Origin: Escherichia coli
GTDB lineage: Bacteria; Pseudomonadota; Gammaproteobacteria; Enterobacterales; Enterobacteriaceae
Reading direction: 5' to 3' (one strand)
Assembly (NCBI RefSeq): GCF_046105845.1
Contig: NZ_CP151004.1
DNA: 64,000 nt
Shown: piece by piece, positions 61,508 through 64,000 of the stretch
Position numbering within the stretch: position 1 is the stretch's first letter
Layout: each line of letters begins with the position of its first letter
Program-made: the position numbers and the translations under genes
The notes under the pieces: generated by a model
The model's input: the letters and a program-made list of their open reading frames with translations, nothing else
Told to the model about the DNA's origin: nothing
The model's database searches: none

Positions 61508-61921
61508 CTTCGGGAATGATTGGTATCAATGACGATAACAAGACCAATAACGGTTTATCCCTACTTAAGTAGGGAAGGTGCACAATGTACATCTTCTTTT
61601 AATTTCCCGGTATGAGATTTTATATTCACAGTATGAATATTTTATGTAATAAAATTCATGGTGATTATTATAACTAAAAATTTCTTTGATAATAAAACGA
61701 ATAACTTGCAGATTTGAAATGCATGCATTATTGTCTTTAAACAATTCAACACATCTTAATATATGCATAGGTTAATTGTATTAAACCAATGGATATATTT
61801 TTGCAGTGAATGTGATTATTGAATTAATTACGCCGTATTTTTTCTTTGTTTTTACCGATAACGGAAGTGTGCCGACGTATAGAAATGCAGGAGAAATGTC
61901 GGAGCATATGAAGGAGAACAA
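61508..61921 (+). promoter_or_regulatory. cas3-cse1 intergenic region containing the Cascade operon promoter (Pcas)
   Basis: 414 bp, strongly AT-rich, non-coding, directly upstream of cse1; in E. coli K-12 this region is H-NS-silenced and LeuO-activated (established knowledge; exact promoter elements not mapped here). Confidence 0.6.
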
Positions 61922-63430
61922 ATGAATTTGCTTATTGATAACTGGATCCCTGTACGCCCGCGAAACGGGGGGAAAGTCCAAATCATAAATCTGCAATCGC
62001 TATACTGCAGTAGAGATCAGTGGCGATTAAGTTTGCCCCGTGACGATATGGAACTGGCCGCTTTAGCACTGCTGGTTTGCATTGGGCAAATTATCGCCCC
62101 GGCAAAAGATGACGTTGAATTTCGACATCGCATAATGAATCCGCTCACTGAAGATGAGTTTCAACAACTCATCGCGCCGTGGATAGATATGTTCTACCTT
62201 AATCACGCAGAACATCCCTTTATGCAGACCAAAGGTGTCAAAGCAAATGATGTGACTCCAATGGAAAAACTGTTGGCTGGGGTAAGCGGCGCGACGAATT
62301 GTGCATTTGTCAATCAACCGGGGCAGGGTGAAGCATTATGTGGTGGATGCACTGCGATTGCGTTATTCAACCAGGCGAATCAGGCACCTGGTTTTGGTGG
62401 TGGCTTTAAAAGCGGTTTACGTGGAGGAACACCTATAACCACCTTCGTATGTGGGATCGATCTTCGCTCGACGGTGTTACTCAATGTCCTCACAATACCT
62501 CGTCTTCAAAAACAATTTCCCAATGAATCAAATACGGAAAACCAACCTACCTGGATTAAGCCTGTCAAGCCCAATGAATCTGTGCCAGCTTCGTCAATTG
62601 GGTTTGTCCGTGGCTTATTCTGGCAACCAGCGCATATTGAATTATGCGATCCCATTGGGATTGGTAAATGTTCTTGCTGTGGACAGGAAAGCAATTTGCG
62701 TTATACAGGTTTTCTTAAGGAAAAATTTACCTTTACAGTTAATGGGCTATGGCCCCATCCGCATTCCCCTTGTCTGGTAACAGTCAAGAAAGGGGAGGTT
62801 GAGGAAAAATTTCTTGCTTTCACCACCTCCGCACCATCATGGACACAAATCAGCCGAGTTGTGGTAGATAAGATTATTCAAAATGAAAATGGAAATCGCG
62901 TGGCGGCGGTTGTGAATCAATTCAGAAATATTGCGCCGCAAAGTCCTCTTGAATTGATTATGGGGGGATATCGTAATAATCAAGCATCTATTCTTGAACG
63001 GCGTCATGATGTGTTGATGTTTAATCAGGGGTGGCAACAATACGGCAATGTGATAAACGAAATAGTGACTGTTGGTTTGGGATATAAAACAGCCTTACGC
63101 AAGGCGTTATATACCTTTGCAGAAGGGTTTAAAAATAAAGACTTCAAAGGGGCCGGAGTCTCTGTTCATGAGACTGCAGAAAGGCATTTCTATCGACAGA
63201 GTGAATTATTAATTCCCGATGTACTGGCGAATATTAATTTTTCCCAAGCTGATGAGGTAATAGCTGATCTACGAGACAAACTTCATCAATTGTGTGAAAT
63301 GCTATTTAATCAATCTGTAGCTCCCTATGCACATCATCCTAAATTAATAAGCACATTAGCGCTTGCCCGCGCCACGCTATACAAACATTTACGGGAGTTA
63401 AAACCGCAAGGAGGGTCATCAAATGGCTGA
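61922..63430 (+). CDS. casA: Cascade large subunit Cse1 (CasA, Cas8e)
   Basis: 502 aa MNLLIDNWIPVRPRNGGKVQIINLQSLYCSRDQWRLSLPRDD, recognised as E. coli Cse1. Confidence 0.95.
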   Translation: MNLLIDNWIPVRPRNGGKVQIINLQSLYCSRDQWRLSLPRDDMELAALALLVCIGQIIAPAKDDVEFRHRIMNPLTEDEFQQLIAPWIDMFYLNHAEHPFMQTKGVKANDVTPMEKLLAGVSGATNCAFVNQPGQGEALCGGCTAIALFNQANQAPGFGGGFKSGLRGGTPITTFVCGIDLRSTVLLNVLTIPRLQKQFPNESNTENQPTWIKPVKPNESVPASSIGFVRGLFWQPAHIELCDPIGIGKCSCCGQESNLRYTGFLKEKFTFTVNGLWPHPHSPCLVTVKKGEVEEKFLAFTTSAPSWTQISRVVVDKIIQNENGNRVAAVVNQFRNIAPQSPLELIMGGYRNNQASILERRHDVLMFNQGWQQYGNVINEIVTVGLGYKTALRKALYTFAEGFKNKDFKGAGVSVHETAERHFYRQSELLIPDVLANINFSQADEVIADLRDKLHQLCEMLFNQSVAPYAHHPKLISTLALARATLYKHLRELKPQGGSSNG

Positions 63431-63905
63431 TGAAATTGATGCAATAGCTTTATATCGAGCCTGGCAACAACTGGATAATGGAGCATGTGCGCAAATTAGA
63501 CGTGTTTCAGAACCTGATGAATTACGCGATATCCCTGCGTTTTATAGGCTGGTGCAACCTTTTGGTTGGGAAAACCCACGTCACCAGCAGGCTCTTTTGC
63601 GCATGGTGTTTTGCCTGAGCGCAGGAAAGAATGTCATCCGACATCAGGACAAAAAACCGGAGCAAATAACAGGTATCTCGTTGGGAAGAGCTTTAGCCAA
63701 TAGTGGAAGAATTAACGAGCGCCGTATCTTTCAATTAATTCGGGCTGACAGAACAGCCGATATGGTCCAGTTACGTCGATTACTTACTCACGCCGAACCC
63801 GTACTTGACTGGCCATTAATGGCCAGGATGTTGACCTGGTGGGGAAAGCGCGAACGCCAGCAACTTCTGGAAGATTTTGTATTGACCACAAACAAAAATG
63901 CGTAA
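63423..63905 (+). CDS. casB: Cascade small subunit Cse2 (CasB, Cas11)
   Basis: 160 aa MADEIDAIALYRAWQQLDNGACAQIRR; 8-bp overlap with casA. Confidence 0.9.
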   Translation: MADEIDAIALYRAWQQLDNGACAQIRRVSEPDELRDIPAFYRLVQPFGWENPRHQQALLRMVFCLSAGKNVIRHQDKKPEQITGISLGRALANSGRINERRIFQLIRADRTADMVQLRRLLTHAEPVLDWPLMARMLTWWGKRERQQLLEDFVLTTNKNA

Positions 63906-63917
63906 GGAAACCTTTCT

Positions 63918-64000
63918 ATGTCTAACTTTATCAATATTCATGTTCTGATCTCTCACAGCCCTTCATGTCTGAACCGCGACGATATGAACATGCAGAAAGA
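63918..64000 (+). CDS. casC: Cascade backbone subunit Cas7e (CasC, Cse4), N-terminal fragment cut by window end
   Basis: [27 protein letters not shown] opens at 63918 with RBS aggaaa upstream; continues beyond the window. Confidence 0.8.

Overview
This window reads as Escherichia coli chromosome, colinear with the K-12 csdA-gcvA-fuc-sdaCB-queF-csrB-gud-barA-relA-mazEFG-pyrG-eno-queE-ygc-cysJIH-cas3 region in reverse-complement orientation. The defence system present is a type I-E CRISPR-Cas locus, which is a well-described system rather than a novel one: a 23-repeat, 22-spacer array sits at 41273..42643 between queE and ygcE, and cas3, cse1/casA, cse2/casB and the first codons of cas7/casC sit at 58841..64000, with the rest of the operon beyond the window edge. 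Gene calls come from translating the supplied ORFs and recognising the proteins and their synteny from memory; no database search was run, and start codons were trimmed where the ORF track over-extends. Non-coding features supported by the sequence are GcvB and CsrB sRNAs (CsrB with a perfect UvrY-box palindrome upstream and barA in the same window), the mazEF promoter palindromes, several REP/BIME repeats and a large GC-rich inverted repeat between gudD and barA. The least characterised content is the ten-gene ygcNOPQRS-ygcU-ygcW-yqcE-ygcE cluster (ETF/FixABCX-like with kinase, transporters and dehydrogenases), and the most unusual sequence-level observation is a solitary CRISPR-repeat-like palindrome 44 bp downstream of cas3. 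No transposase, integrase, prophage or tRNA gene was found.
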